From a bacterium (GTDB taxonomy: Bacteria; Zhuqueibacterota; Zhuqueibacteria; Residuimicrobiales; Krinioviventaceae): a stretch of 64,000 nucleotides of DNA. The stretch lies in contig CAXXMD010000003.1 in the NCBI GenBank assembly GCA_963675755.2, positions 192,001-256,000 on the forward strand, written 5' to 3'. A model generated the notes under the pieces. It was not told the DNA's origin and did not search any database. It saw only the letters and a list, made by a program, of their open reading frames with translations. Shown here piece after piece: positions 18,183-30,300 of this stretch (positions are counted from its first letter, which is position 1; every line of letters begins with the position of its first letter). Position numbers and translations under genes: made by a program.

Positions 18183-20075
18183 ATGAAACGTGTACTGTTA
18201 TTGTTACTATTTTTAATTCCATTACAAATCTTTGCGGTATCAAATTTAAAGCTCAATGGTGCTGCTTCCACTACAATCACTTCTTTTCCCGCAGATATTG
18301 TAATGACTTGCGATCTTGCTTCTAATGGAAATTCTGCTCAGGTTGAAGTATATTTGGATTTAGAAGGTAACGGCGTATTGAATGCTACCGATCAAATCAT
18401 TGATTATTCAGTAATCACTGATGGAATTGGCTGGATCACCTATCCGCCTGATCGTGACGAAGACATTATTGGTGACGAAACCGGTGTTAATGGCAAGCTT
18501 CAATCTACACTATCCCTGTCTAATGATCTCGATATTCTCACAGCCGGTACGTTTATTGTCAAAGTTATCGATGCGAATGGTTCTACAGCACAAGCAATTT
18601 TGAATGTAAACATTCAACCTACCCCACCTTATATTACAGGTACTGTAACTGATGAAAACGATGGAACACCTGTAGCGTTGGCAATCGTTTGGGCAGAAAG
18701 CCAATCAGACGAATACGCGGATGGTGCAGGTATTACAGATGCTAATGGTAACTATTTTATTAACGTGGAACCCGGTACTTATAAAGTATCTGCTACCAGT
18801 TACCTTGCCAGCACACATCAGCCATCAGATAGTACCAATGTTACAGTTGGTGAAGGAGAAACAAAAACTGTAAACATTCAAATGCCGCCTTATACTTCCT
18901 ATGTTGAAGGGTATGTTAAAACGGAAGCCGGTGTAGGCGTTCCTGGTATCATGTTATGGGTATACGGAACGGATTTAACTTCTTTATTTAGCAGTTTTAC
19001 ATTTACCAATGAAAGCGGGTATTACAAAGTAGGTGTAATGCCGGGTGAAGTAGCTGTTGGTGCACCATTATTTATTCAGGAAGATATTTCTTCAGATTAC
19101 TATATTGATCCGTCTGTTGATACCCTGACCGTAAATGAAGGACAAACCGCTACTGCAAATTTCACAGCAAAACAATATACAACCTTTATTACAGGTACTT
19201 GTAAAGTTGGTGAAACGCCTCTTGCAGGAGTTGAATTATATGCAACTGCAATTAATATGAGTACATTTGAATTCAATATATATTCAGCTGTTTCCGGAGC
19301 TGATGGTACTTATAAAATGGGTATCAAACCAGGAAATATTCAGGCGCTTATGGCAGAAAAAGATGGTTACACACTAAGTGATCCAGCTAATGGTTATTTC
19401 AGCCTCAGCGTAAGCGAGGGACAAACCCTTGAAAACCAAAACTTTGGTTTTACTGCAGAATCAGATGTCAATTCAATTTCTGGTCAGGTTACATTTGAAA
19501 ATGGTTCCCCGGCTGCGAATGTATATGTAGTTGCAATTGATGATTATGATGAATCCGCAACCAGTTACAGAATCCAATACACGGACGCAAACGGTAATTT
19601 CAGCTTTATAGGACTTGATGACGGCTACTGGAAAGTTGGAGTTTACAAAGACGGTTATTATACAGATCCTTATATGCTTTTTTATGATATTTGGTATTCC
19701 GGTGAACTGACCGGTGCTGACTTTGTATTAAAAGAAGGTCGTCCTACAGGTATTGGTGATCTGGCAGATTCCGCGTCTCCCGAAGCATTTCAACTGTCAC
19801 AAAACTATCCCAATCCTTTCAACCTGAGAACCGGTGCAACTGCTACACAAATCCGTTTTTCTCTCAATACTCACAAAAATGTAGATGTTTCTATTTTTAA
19901 TATCAATGGACAACTTGTCCACAAAGCACATTTGGGTCAAATGACTTCAGGCATTCACAGTTTTCAATGGGACGGTCGAGATATGTCCGGCTCTGTAGTA
20001 CCTTCAGGCACCTATTTTTATCGCTTTAAAGCGGGTGATCAGGTACTAACCAAACAAATGATGATCATCAAATAA
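18183..20075 (+). CDS. Secreted protein with carboxypeptidase-regulatory-like beta-sandwich repeats and a C-terminal T9SS/FlgD-type sorting domain
   Basis: GGAGG RBS; signal peptide; repeated ITGTVT...TDANGNY...PGTYKV units; LSQNYPNPFN...WDGRDMSG..VPSGTYFY. Confidence 0.85.
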   Translation: MKRVLLLLLFLIPLQIFAVSNLKLNGAASTTITSFPADIVMTCDLASNGNSAQVEVYLDLEGNGVLNATDQIIDYSVITDGIGWITYPPDRDEDIIGDETGVNGKLQSTLSLSNDLDILTAGTFIVKVIDANGSTAQAILNVNIQPTPPYITGTVTDENDGTPVALAIVWAESQSDEYADGAGITDANGNYFINVEPGTYKVSATSYLASTHQPSDSTNVTVGEGETKTVNIQMPPYTSYVEGYVKTEAGVGVPGIMLWVYGTDLTSLFSSFTFTNESGYYKVGVMPGEVAVGAPLFIQEDISSDYYIDPSVDTLTVNEGQTATANFTAKQYTTFITGTCKVGETPLAGVELYATAINMSTFEFNIYSAVSGADGTYKMGIKPGNIQALMAEKDGYTLSDPANGYFSLSVSEGQTLENQNFGFTAESDVNSISGQVTFENGSPAANVYVVAIDDYDESATSYRIQYTDANGNFSFIGLDDGYWKVGVYKDGYYTDPYMLFYDIWYSGELTGADFVLKEGRPTGIGDLADSASPEAFQLSQNYPNPFNLRTGATATQIRFSLNTHKNVDVSIFNINGQLVHKAHLGQMTSGIHSFQWDGRDMSGSVVPSGTYFYRFKAGDQVLTKQMMIIK

Positions 20076-20080
20076 ACTCT

Positions 20081-20110
20081 CAGGGCCGCGCAAATTCTGC
20101 GCGGCCTGTT
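20081..20110 (+). terminator. GC-rich stem-loop terminator
   Basis: ggccgcgca / tgcgcggcc directly after the stop codon. Confidence 0.65.
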
Positions 20111-20442
20111 ATATCGCTTTGATACACCTTGTTAAATCTTGGAACATTTCACAAATTTTAACACGTTTTCCCGGTTACATCACTTTTAACACAGTAAAAA
20201 TAAAAATGAACATGAAACTGCTGAACACTGGGAATCAACCGGCCTAATTCATTAATAAACAATATATTAAAACTCAAAACATATTGTAGCATTTTAAACT
20301 GTTTCGTTGTATATTATTATTATCTGTGTAAATTTATTTTGGTAAACAAATACAGTAAAGGGGTCTGGTTTTTGCATTTCGGGAGGTACTGTTTTGTATA
20401 TTGGCAATTTTTTACAACATATTGAAAACTTGAGGAAATTGA

Positions 20443-23400
20443 ATGCGGTCATTTATTACAGGTATCCCGATTGTTCTAATAATACTGGTATTGATACCCA
20501 ATGTTTACGCTGGTAATCCCCCTACCCATACAACGCTGTTATATTCCAGCAGTCTCGACAGCGACAATGATCCGGCTGTTGGTCAAATAACTAACAATAG
20601 CGGACAATTTATTACAGGTTCCGGCTGGAAAGCGACGAATGAAAACAGCCAGCTCATGATCAGCTTGCCGGCAGGACTTCCTCTGGAAGGTACTTTTTCA
20701 GTACAGGTAACCAACTTTAATCCTGCTGTACAGAATATTAGCGACAAACAGCAGATCATCAACCTCTATTCTCAAGCAAACGGCAGTAAAGATATTCTGG
20801 GTACCCATGGTTCCTGGATCAATATTCGTACCGGTACCGGTTATTCAGATGGCGCAGGCATGGCCGGTTACAAAATGCTTGCAGCTTATGACGGACAACG
20901 CCTTGAAGACCGGTACATGCAAAGCGCCACATGGAATGTAAGCCGGACTTATGAATTTAAACTGGTTTGGAATGAAACCAGTGTATGGACTATTGTGGAT
21001 GATGTTGTACAGGGCGAAATGGAAATGACCGGTTCACCCACTGAACTTTTCCGTTATATCTTTTTAGGTACTGATAATGTATATGTAGCCCAACCCGGCC
21101 CTATTTACAAGAATATGCGCATTTATTCTTCAGAAGATCCCTCTAGTGATGTATTGCTCTTTACCGATATTACAAGTCAGGCTGGCGTTGGCGGCGTTGA
21201 TCCAGAAGGATATGGCCATGGTGTTAATTTCAGCGATTTTAATCTGGATGGTTATCTCGATATCATGTCATCCAATGCAGGTGGCCCAACCATGCCGGAA
21301 GAATTTTATCTCAACCAGCAAAATAACACTTTTAGCGAAGTTGCATCGTCCAGAAATATCTCTGATGAAGGTCATACGCATGGCATTATCAGTGCAGACT
21401 GGGACAATGATGGTGATCTTGATGTATTTATGACCAATCAACCTGTAAACGCAACCAATCCGCCTCCAGGCAGGAACCGTATGTATCGTAATGACGGTAA
21501 TGGCAATTTCACAGATGTTTCGGATCTGGTTGGTATTGAAGAAGAATATTTTTACAGCCGTGGTGCAGTAGCCTCCGATATTAACAATGACGGTTGGCTT
21601 GATTTGTATGTATTGAACTGGGGTGATCCCAATGTTTTATATTTAAATGATGGTGACGGCACATTTACAAGAGTAAACCGCGGCACAGACGGCCCCGCAG
21701 GTGATGAAAATGGCCGCCAGGGTGTTACTGCTGCAGATGTTGACAATGATGGCGATATAGATTTTTATGTCTGCCGCCGTGAAGCAGAAAACTGGTTATT
21801 CATCAATGACGGCAACGGAAATTTTACCAACGAAGCTCCCGCCCGTGGTGTAAACGTAGGTGACCGCTCACATGGTGCCGCTTTTGTTGATATTGATAAC
21901 GATGGTGACCTTGATCTGTTCATCATGAACTATGCGCTGGGTGGCACAGCTTCTATCCCCAGAATGAGCGCGTTTTACAACAATGGTAATGGTTACTTTA
22001 CTGACCAAACCGACAAATACAATATTTATGTCAGCGGTTATTCATTAATTTTTGGAGATGTTGACAATGATGCCGACCAGGACATGTATCTTATCCGTAA
22101 TGATGAAAAAGAAGAAGGTACAACTCCTAAAATTTATTTAAATGATGGTAACGGTAACCTGACGCTGCGAAATATAGCAGGTGCTTCACCAGCCATTTCT
22201 GCTGCTCGTGGAGCAGGATTTGGTGATATTGATAATGACGGCGACCTAGATGCTTATATTGCAGCCGTTTATACCGATAATGTTTTATTACGTAACGACC
22301 TTAGCAGCGACAATCATTATATCGATGTTTTATGTATAGGCCCTGGTGGCGATTACGGTGGCTATGGCTCCAAAGTCAGTGTGTATGAATCGGGTCATAT
22401 GGGTGACGTCAACTATTTACTGGGTTACCAGGAAGCGGTTACAACGGTTGCTTACATGTGTCAAAATCAAACTGCACTGCATTTTGGCCTTGCACAAAAT
22501 ACAGCCTGTGATATCAAAGTAGAATTTACAAACGGACAAATTGCAGAATATTATTCTGTTTCAGCAGACCAGTTTTTTGAAGTAACTGCCAACCCACCTG
22601 TTCCCACATCCATAGCAAGGGTTTCAAATGCAGTTCTTTCCGGTCCCGCCGGACAGGTACTTGCAGATTCCGCGAAAATCCAGGTAGTGGATGAAAGCGG
22701 ACGTGGCGTTCCAAACCATACAGTCTCTTTTCAGATAACCAATGGTGGTGGTACACTGAATGGTTCTACCCGCACACAAGTAGATACAACAACAGACAAC
22801 CACGGATACGCCGCAATCGGTTGGAAAATGGGAACAGATGTAGATATTATTAACACATTGTCTGTCAGCGCCCAAAACGAAGGTATTGATTTGATTGGGT
22901 CACCCATGAATTTCACAGCCAATGTGAATCCCGGCGTAGATACGCTCATAACAAAACAAGCTGGAGATCTTCAAAACTCGGTTCCGGAAATTCCTCTACC
23001 CGATTCAATCCAGGTATTGATTCACGATACATGGGGTAATCCTCATCCCAATGTTAATGTAAACTTTACAGTCATCAGCGGAAACGGTAACATTGACGGA
23101 TCGGCAACCAAAATTGTTCAGACCAATGCGGCAGGTATTGCTTCCGTACAATGGACCCTGGGTGAAGCAGAAGGTGAAAACGCACATTCACTAAAAGCGT
23201 CTCTGGTTTCCGCACCCTTGACCAGTGTAACCTTTTTGGCCTCAACATCTTTGGCTCCTATTAAAACTTTGAAATATATTTCCGGAAATAATCAGACCGG
23301 TACAGTAACACAAGATCTTGCAAATCCCTTTGTTGTACAGTTGTTAGACAGTCTGGGAAATCCCCGTGGTGGCTTTGATATTCTTTTCAAGGTAACCGGT

Positions 23401-26400
23401 GGAAGCGGCAATCTTGATGGTCAAACCGAACAAACTGTTAAAACAGATGTAACCGGTAAAGCCTCTGCAACACTAACTCTGGGACAAACAGCCGGAACAA
23501 ATCTCCACACTGTTGAAGCAAGCTATGCGGAATTGGATGATAAAATAGTTTTCACCGCATCCGCAACATCAGGTACTGCCAGCAAAATCAGCAAGACAAG
23601 TGGAGACAACCAGAGCGCAGGTGTAGGACAAACATTGACAAACCCTCTTAAAGTCAGGGTATTGGATGTTTATAACAATCCTGTTTCAGGACATTCTGTA
23701 ATTTTCACCGTCAACAATAACAAGGGTCTTGTTAACAACAATCTGTCGGCAACCGTACAAACCGATGCCAGTGGTTATGCTACTGCTAATTTCACCATGG
23801 ATGACGAGCCGGGAACGCATTCTGTAACAGTTACTTCAACATATAATAATGTTCCTTTAACAGGTTCGCCCATTACTTTTACTGCAACTGCTACATCAGA
23901 GCCAACCACACTCGTCAAAGTATCCGGAGACAGTACATCCGGTATAGTTGGCCAGCCTATAACTTTGCCGCTTCAGGTCAAAGTTACCGATGACAATGGT
24001 TTTCCGGTCAGCAATTATCCCGTTACTTTTGTTTCTGAAAGCGGTGGAGCAACATTTGAAGGGAATCTTCAAATTCAACAAACCACCAATGAACAGGGTA
24101 TTGCATCTGTCTATCCTACTCTGGGTGAACGTATTGGACCATATGTATATGTTTTTACCGCTAAAGCATTTTTTGAAGGCGGATCGCACCTGAACGGTTC
24201 TCCACTGACATTTCGTTTATCTGCAAAAAGCACCCGTGCCGAAAAGATAGAGCTGATTGCCGGTGCAAACCAAAACGGTCAGGCGGGTGAATATCTGGCA
24301 AGTGCAATTCAGGTGCTGGTTACAGACAATGAAAATAATGTAATAGCCAATCACAATGTAAATTTTACAGTCAAACAGGGCAGCGGTAAATTAGGCACCA
24401 GTAAAGCTAACAGCTTGACCATTAAATCCGGGACAAACGGTGTTGCCAAAGTTAATTTCATGCTTGGCAGCGAAATTGGTGACAGTGTTCATGTAGTAGA
24501 GATCACCTCGGATGATGGTATAGAGACACTCGAAAACTCGCCTCTTTATGCATATGGAAGTGCCGAATACGGCCAACCGAACGCAGACAGTTCAAAACTA
24601 TATATTTCCGATTCCGTTGTACCTGCAGATGGCACCTCAGAATTGCTGATATCTGCACAATTAAAAGATTCGCAGGGACTACCAGTTCCCGGTGAAGCGA
24701 TTGAATTTATGATTACTGGTGAAGGAAATACCATAACACAGTCAGAAGATCCTTCCGATGAAAATGGCATGGTCAGTGCACGTATCACTTCAACGGTTGC
24801 GGAGAGTAAAACAGTAACCGCAAAAGTGACAGATAAAGCAATAACCATAAATGATACCAAAGTTGTTGAATTTACAGCCGGCTCTGCGGATGCAATAGAG
24901 ATCGTTTCCGGTGATGGCCAATCCGGTACTATCAATTCAGTTTTGCAGCAGCCGCTTATCGTTCAGGTTGTAGATGCAATGGGTAATCCCATATCAAACC
25001 ATCCGGTGCAATTTGCAATTGCTTCTGGCAATGGATCACTTGATCCTGCACAGGTAGATAATACTGATGAATCGGGTAAAACCCAAACCAACTGGATTTT
25101 GGGTCCACAAATTGGTTCTCAAACAGTAACAGCAACGGCACAAGGCATTGCCCAATCCGTGACCTTTACCGCAACCGCGCAAATGCCAGGAACAGCATAT
25201 ATCACCAAAGTTAAAGGTGATGAACAATTTGCCTCACCCGGTACAATATTCAGCGATTCCCTAACGGTCAAGATTGTTGACGAAAACAATAAACCCATCA
25301 GCGGTACACCGGTTAAATTCAGCATAGAACAAGGTGACGCGTCTTTTACCAGTATTTCATCAATAAACAGCGATAGTTATGGTTTAGCCAGAATCCAACT
25401 TTTGGCCGGAGAACTTTTAGGTACTGTAACCATAAACGCGTCAATCAATGAAACATCAAGTGTTGATTTCCTCTGCTCGGTTTCCTCCTCCCTGCCCGAT
25501 ACGCTGATCCACGTTTTGGGAGATAATACAGAAGGTACTGTCGATGCTACGGTTTATCCGCTTACTGTCAAAGTGCTTGATAATAACGGAGTAGCCATCT
25601 CGGGTGTGCCCATAACCTTTGCCAGCCTGACTGAAGGCGGCCAGGTAATGGATGAGCAGCCAATTCGTACAACCAGTAATGGTCAAGCATCCGCACGGGT
25701 AAAACTGGGAACCCTTGCTGGTGAATATATTTTTACCGCATCAAACGCAACACTTAAAGGTTCACCGGTAACTTTTACACTTACTGCACTGCCTGACAAT
25801 GCATCTGACATAGTTGTTGTCAGTGGCAACGAGCAAACCGGTGAAGCACTTGCAACTCTGGCAGATTCTCTTACGGTAAAGGTTGTAGATGAATATCAAA
25901 ACGGTATTCCCGGTGTACAGGTGGTATTTACAGTAGGTTCAGGCCAGGGAAGCATTCAAGCAGAATCACCATTGATTACCAATGACAATGGCCTGGCTTC
26001 CGCAGAATGGACATTGGGCGCATCTGGTACACAGCTGGTAAATGTAACTTCTGGTGTGCTTCCCGGAAAATCAGCCCAGTTTACAGCGAACTTGAAAGCG
26101 AATAATCTACCGGTCATTCAGGTAGTCACAGATACAACCGTAACTGAAAATCAGACTTTGATCTTTACAGTACAGGCAAGCGATCCTGAAGGTACTGAAG
26201 TAACATTGTCTGCATCAAATCTTCCGGCAGGAGCGGAATTTGATTCGCTCGAAACCTGGCAGTTCAGTTGGACACCCGGATACAATTCTCAGGGAGATTA
26301 TACCATTCGCTTCTCGGCAACGGATGAAAATGGCGGTACAGCAACTCAAGATGTTGTCCTGCATGTTGCAAACATGAACCGTAAACCGGTTGTACAGTCC

Positions 26401-27228
26401 ACAATACCAGAGCAGACTGCACTTTCGCTGAATTTATATGCAATCTCTGCATTCGAAGTTCATGTTACAGATGCTGATAACGATCCTTTAACATTTCTAT
26501 GGTTTGTAGACAAGAATCCGGTAAGCACACCGGAAGATTCAAACAGATTGATCATTCAGCCAAACAGTTCATGGCCGCAGCAATTCAAAGTTGATGTAAA
26601 CATAACCGATGGAATTGACACAACCCATCACGCATGGACAATTGATATTAGCAGCAGCATAGAGCTTGCCGCTTTTGAAGCATATGCTGACAAGGACCTG
26701 GTTACCATTACCTGGGAAACAGCAAGTGAGCACAACACAGCAGGCTTTAACCTGTATCGCGCTCCGGGAAAACTTGGACCCTATACCAAAATCAATTCGG
26801 AATTGATTTTACCTGTACCTGGTGGTGAATACGAAATTCAAGACAAGCCCGGTGCAGAGACATTAAACTGGTATTACAAACTTGAAGAAATGGAATATTC
26901 AGGTCGCACAGAATCCTTTGACCCAATTCAGATACAAATTGCAGTGCCGACTGATAATATATTGCATCAGAATTATCCAAATCCGTTCAACCCAACAACA
27001 ACACTGCAATACGAGTTGAACAAAACGCAGCAAATTGATATCTATATCTTTAACATACACGGTCAACTGGTCCGCACAGTCTATTCAGGCAAACAAAAAG
27101 CCGGATATCATCAAATCATGTGGGACAGTAAAAACGATAACGGCATTTCTGTTACCTCCGGCATCTATTATTGCTGTATGGTAGGCACCGGATACCGAAA
27201 TACCATTAAATTAGTATTACTAAAATAA
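20443..27228 (+). CDS. Giant secreted surface protein: FG-GAP/VCBS repeats, ASPIC/UnbV-like region, Big_1 Ig repeats, cadherin-like domain, T9SS-type CTD
   Basis: Signal peptide; many DxDNDGDLD motifs; LHFGL; repeated SGxNQxG...LxVxVxD..GNP...TxxxGxA units; ASDPEG; QNYPNPFNP CTD. Confidence 0.9.
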   Translation: MRSFITGIPIVLIILVLIPNVYAGNPPTHTTLLYSSSLDSDNDPAVGQITNNSGQFITGSGWKATNENSQLMISLPAGLPLEGTFSVQVTNFNPAVQNISDKQQIINLYSQANGSKDILGTHGSWINIRTGTGYSDGAGMAGYKMLAAYDGQRLEDRYMQSATWNVSRTYEFKLVWNETSVWTIVDDVVQGEMEMTGSPTELFRYIFLGTDNVYVAQPGPIYKNMRIYSSEDPSSDVLLFTDITSQAGVGGVDPEGYGHGVNFSDFNLDGYLDIMSSNAGGPTMPEEFYLNQQNNTFSEVASSRNISDEGHTHGIISADWDNDGDLDVFMTNQPVNATNPPPGRNRMYRNDGNGNFTDVSDLVGIEEEYFYSRGAVASDINNDGWLDLYVLNWGDPNVLYLNDGDGTFTRVNRGTDGPAGDENGRQGVTAADVDNDGDIDFYVCRREAENWLFINDGNGNFTNEAPARGVNVGDRSHGAAFVDIDNDGDLDLFIMNYALGGTASIPRMSAFYNNGNGYFTDQTDKYNIYVSGYSLIFGDVDNDADQDMYLIRNDEKEEGTTPKIYLNDGNGNLTLRNIAGASPAISAARGAGFGDIDNDGDLDAYIAAVYTDNVLLRNDLSSDNHYIDVLCIGPGGDYGGYGSKVSVYESGHMGDVNYLLGYQEAVTTVAYMCQNQTALHFGLAQNTACDIKVEFTNGQIAEYYSVSADQFFEVTANPPVPTSIARVSNAVLSGPAGQVLADSAKIQVVDESGRGVPNHTVSFQITNGGGTLNGSTRTQVDTTTDNHGYAAIGWKMGTDVDIINTLSVSAQNEGIDLIGSPMNFTANVNPGVDTLITKQAGDLQNSVPEIPLPDSIQVLIHDTWGNPHPNVNVNFTVISGNGNIDGSATKIVQTNAAGIASVQWTLGEAEGENAHSLKASLVSAPLTSVTFLASTSLAPIKTLKYISGNNQTGTVTQDLANPFVVQLLDSLGNPRGGFDILFKVTGGSGNLDGQTEQTVKTDVTGKASATLTLGQTAGTNLHTVEASYAELDDKIVFTASATSGTASKISKTSGDNQSAGVGQTLTNPLKVRVLDVYNNPVSGHSVIFTVNNNKGLVNNNLSATVQTDASGYATANFTMDDEPGTHSVTVTSTYNNVPLTGSPITFTATATSEPTTLVKVSGDSTSGIVGQPITLPLQVKVTDDNGFPVSNYPVTFVSESGGATFEGNLQIQQTTNEQGIASVYPTLGERIGPYVYVFTAKAFFEGGSHLNGSPLTFRLSAKSTRAEKIELIAGANQNGQAGEYLASAIQVLVTDNENNVIANHNVNFTVKQGSGKLGTSKANSLTIKSGTNGVAKVNFMLGSEIGDSVHVVEITSDDGIETLENSPLYAYGSAEYGQPNADSSKLYISDSVVPADGTSELLISAQLKDSQGLPVPGEAIEFMITGEGNTITQSEDPSDENGMVSARITSTVAESKTVTAKVTDKAITINDTKVVEFTAGSADAIEIVSGDGQSGTINSVLQQPLIVQVVDAMGNPISNHPVQFAIASGNGSLDPAQVDNTDESGKTQTNWILGPQIGSQTVTATAQGIAQSVTFTATAQMPGTAYITKVKGDEQFASPGTIFSDSLTVKIVDENNKPISGTPVKFSIEQGDASFTSISSINSDSYGLARIQLLAGELLGTVTINASINETSSVDFLCSVSSSLPDTLIHVLGDNTEGTVDATVYPLTVKVLDNNGVAISGVPITFASLTEGGQVMDEQPIRTTSNGQASARVKLGTLAGEYIFTASNATLKGSPVTFTLTALPDNASDIVVVSGNEQTGEALATLADSLTVKVVDEYQNGIPGVQVVFTVGSGQGSIQAESPLITNDNGLASAEWTLGASGTQLVNVTSGVLPGKSAQFTANLKANNLPVIQVVTDTTVTENQTLIFTVQASDPEGTEVTLSASNLPAGAEFDSLETWQFSWTPGYNSQGDYTIRFSATDENGGTATQDVVLHVANMNRKPVVQSTIPEQTALSLNLYAISAFEVHVTDADNDPLTFLWFVDKNPVSTPEDSNRLIIQPNSSWPQQFKVDVNITDGIDTTHHAWTIDISSSIELAAFEAYADKDLVTITWETASEHNTAGFNLYRAPGKLGPYTKINSELILPVPGGEYEIQDKPGAETLNWYYKLEEMEYSGRTESFDPIQIQIAVPTDNILHQNYPNPFNPTTTLQYELNKTQQIDIYIFNIHGQLVRTVYSGKQKAGYHQIMWDSKNDNGISVTSGIYYCCMVGTGYRNTIKLVLLK

Positions 27229-27308
27229 GTCTCTGTTTTGAAAAAAAAACAAAAATCCTTATATTGCCATGTAAGCGTGGTATAAACAAAATGTTAGCGG
27301 GTATGCTC

Positions 27309-30300
27309 ATGTATAAAAAAACATTTAGGTTATTCTCAGTTGCTTTGGTCTTTCTTTGTGCATCTATAGCTACAGCACAAGTCCCACCCACCCATACATC
27401 TGTTCTCTATCAGGATGATCTGGTCAGTGCGGGTCAAAAAGATATTGGCTATATTACAAACAGCAACGGTTCATTTCAAGCCGATGGGTGGAAAACTACC
27501 GGTCCCAGCAGCAAACTGGTTGTAGAATTGAATGAATTTTTGCCGCATGAAGGTACAATGCAGGTAAAGATCAAAAATCTAAACCCGGCCACTCAGGTGA
27601 ATAACGATTGGAGTTTAATGTCTTTATGGTCCAGGTCTGCTGGAAGCTGGCGCGATATGAACAGTACTCCCGGTTCTTATGTATTATTGAAAACCGAACC
27701 GGACGCACAGTACATTTCTGGCGGCAATGTAGCCTGGAAATTGGTTGAAACTCCGTTTTATGGTGGAGATACAGGCAATCCCAATGCCATGAACATCTCT
27801 AATACAACCATGCAGACATGGGATGCTACAATGGAGCATACATTCAAGATCATCTGGAATCCACAATACCTTTGGATCGTTATTGATGGTGAGATGGTAA
27901 AAAGAAAAGCATACAAAGACCAGATCGAAAATTTTGAATACATTTTCCTGGGTTCAGATAATGAATACGGCTCTATGGCCGGCCCTACATTTACCGACTT
28001 GCAGATCCTGGTACCTTCCAGCAGTTATAGTTTTGAAAATGTCACCAAATCTGCAGATCTGGCTTCAGATATGATTTTTGGTGAACAGGGAGTTTCTCTT
28101 GTTGATCTGAACAATGACGGACTGGATGATATTTATCTTAATTACTGTAATACTGCAGATGGTATTCCTAATGCCCTTTATATGAACAGCAATTCACAAC
28201 TCTTTACCGAAGATGCCGGTTCAGCAGGTATAGACAATACCAACTGTTCAAACTCTTCTACTTTTGCAGATTTTGATGGCGATGGCGACATTGACCTCTT
28301 TATCGCCAAAGTCAATTCACCAAATAAATTATATATCAATAATGGCAGTGGAGTATTCAGTGATCAATCCACATCCAGAGGTATCAGCTCACTGAACTAT
28401 AGCACTGTAAATGCAATGGCGATTGATATTGAAAATGATGGCGACCTTGATATTTTTGCAGTAAGCAGCACTCAAAATCATGAATTATATGTAAACCAGG
28501 GTGACGGCACATTTTCACTCGAAACCCGCGGCACCAACAATCCTACAGGTGCGGTAATGGGCGCAGTTGCCGGTGATGTCAACAACGATGGTTTCGTAGA
28601 TATCTTTATCGCACAGCGTAGTGCAGCCTGTGGCTTACTCATTAATGATGGTACAGGTAATTTCTCTAACGAAGCAGCAAGCAGAAATGCCAACCAATCA
28701 ATTAAAGCCAATAATCCCACAATGATGGATTATGATAATGATGGTGACCTTGATATTTTCCTGGCACCATCCAGTACATCCACAACCCCTGATCCCAGAG
28801 TACTGGTACTTAAAAACAATGGTAACGGTGTATTTACCGACATTTCAAATACAGCAAATATCAATATTGAAGCATATGGTCTGGTATCCGGAGATATCGA
28901 CAATGATGGTTATGAAGATCTGTATGCGGTACGCAGTAACCGTCGCGATGTTGTTGATGACCACTCTTCACGTATCTATCTCAACAATGGTGATGATACA
29001 TTTACCGCATTGACGGGTACTGGCGCAGAAGCAATTTTTTCAGATGGACGCGCTGGAATCATGATGGATTATGATAATGATGGTTTATTGGATCTTTATG
29101 GTGTTTCCAAAGGGAATCTTTATAACGGTTCAAGTTATGATACCATTGATTTTGGTCGCAATCAATTGCTCAAAAACACAACAGAAACACCCAACAACTG
29201 GCTCAAAGTTGTTGTAAATGATATTGCCGGTAATCCCGATGGTATTGGAGCCAAAATTTGGGTTTATGAAGCAGGACGTAATTTTAGTAACGACTATCTA
29301 ATCGGATATCGTGATGTATACGCTATGCAAGGCTATACATCTCAAGGTTCAATGACACAACATTTTGGTGTTGGTTCAAACACACAGGTTGATGTAAAAA
29401 TACAAATGCCGGGCGAAGAAGCCAAAACAATAAATAATGTAGTTGTAAACCGTACCGTTGAGTTTAATCCTTCACTTGTAGTGCCGCACCATATCAACGT
29501 ATCAGGTCACGATCAGACAGGTATTGCGGGCAACACACTTGCAAATCCATTACAGGTATATGTATATGCTGAAGACTCTACTCCTGCACCGGGCATTACA
29601 GTTCAATTTGACGTAACTGCCGGTGGTGGCACATTAGACGGAAATACTGAAACCCAGATTATAACCACTACAGATGAAAACGGACTTGCAGAAGTAACCT
29701 GGAAAATGGGAACCACTGCCGGTCAGGAAAACACTGTACGTGTAACTTCGTCATATAATGGTTCCGAACTTGAAGGTTCTCCTTTTGACGCCAGCATTAC
29801 ACCCGTTGCAGGTGATCCTGCCAAACTGGTAAAATCATCTGGAGACGCACAAACTGGTTATATTTTACAGTTTCTGGATAATCCAATCATTGCGCAAGTA
29901 ACAGATGCATTTAATAATCCTGTAGCAGGGCATAATGTTATTTTCACAATTTCAACGGGTGGTGGTTCGGTTGATCAATCCGGCACATCCACTTTCCAGG
30001 TACAAACCGATCAGGGTGGGCTTGCACAAGTGAACTGGCTTTTGGGTGAAACCATTGGTACACAAACCCTGAATGCAACTTCAACTTTTGATAGTAACCC
30101 GCTGACAAACAGTCCATTGTCTTTCAGTGCTACCGGTTTAGCCCCACAGCAAAAGCTACAATATCAATCAGGTAATTACCAAACAAAATTGATCAACAGT
30201 GCTCTTGATCCTTTTACAGTTCAAGTTGTTGACTTTACAGATGCTCCCATTTCGGGTGAAGAAATTGAATTCAAAGTTATTTCCGGCAATGGTACATTTG

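Noticed and set aside
20341-20400. Possible riboswitch in the leader of the first giant protein (acagta...tactgt pairing)
   Set aside because: Only a short stem, with no c-di-GMP, cobalamin, TPP or SAM consensus that I can recognise. An Rfam scan would be needed.
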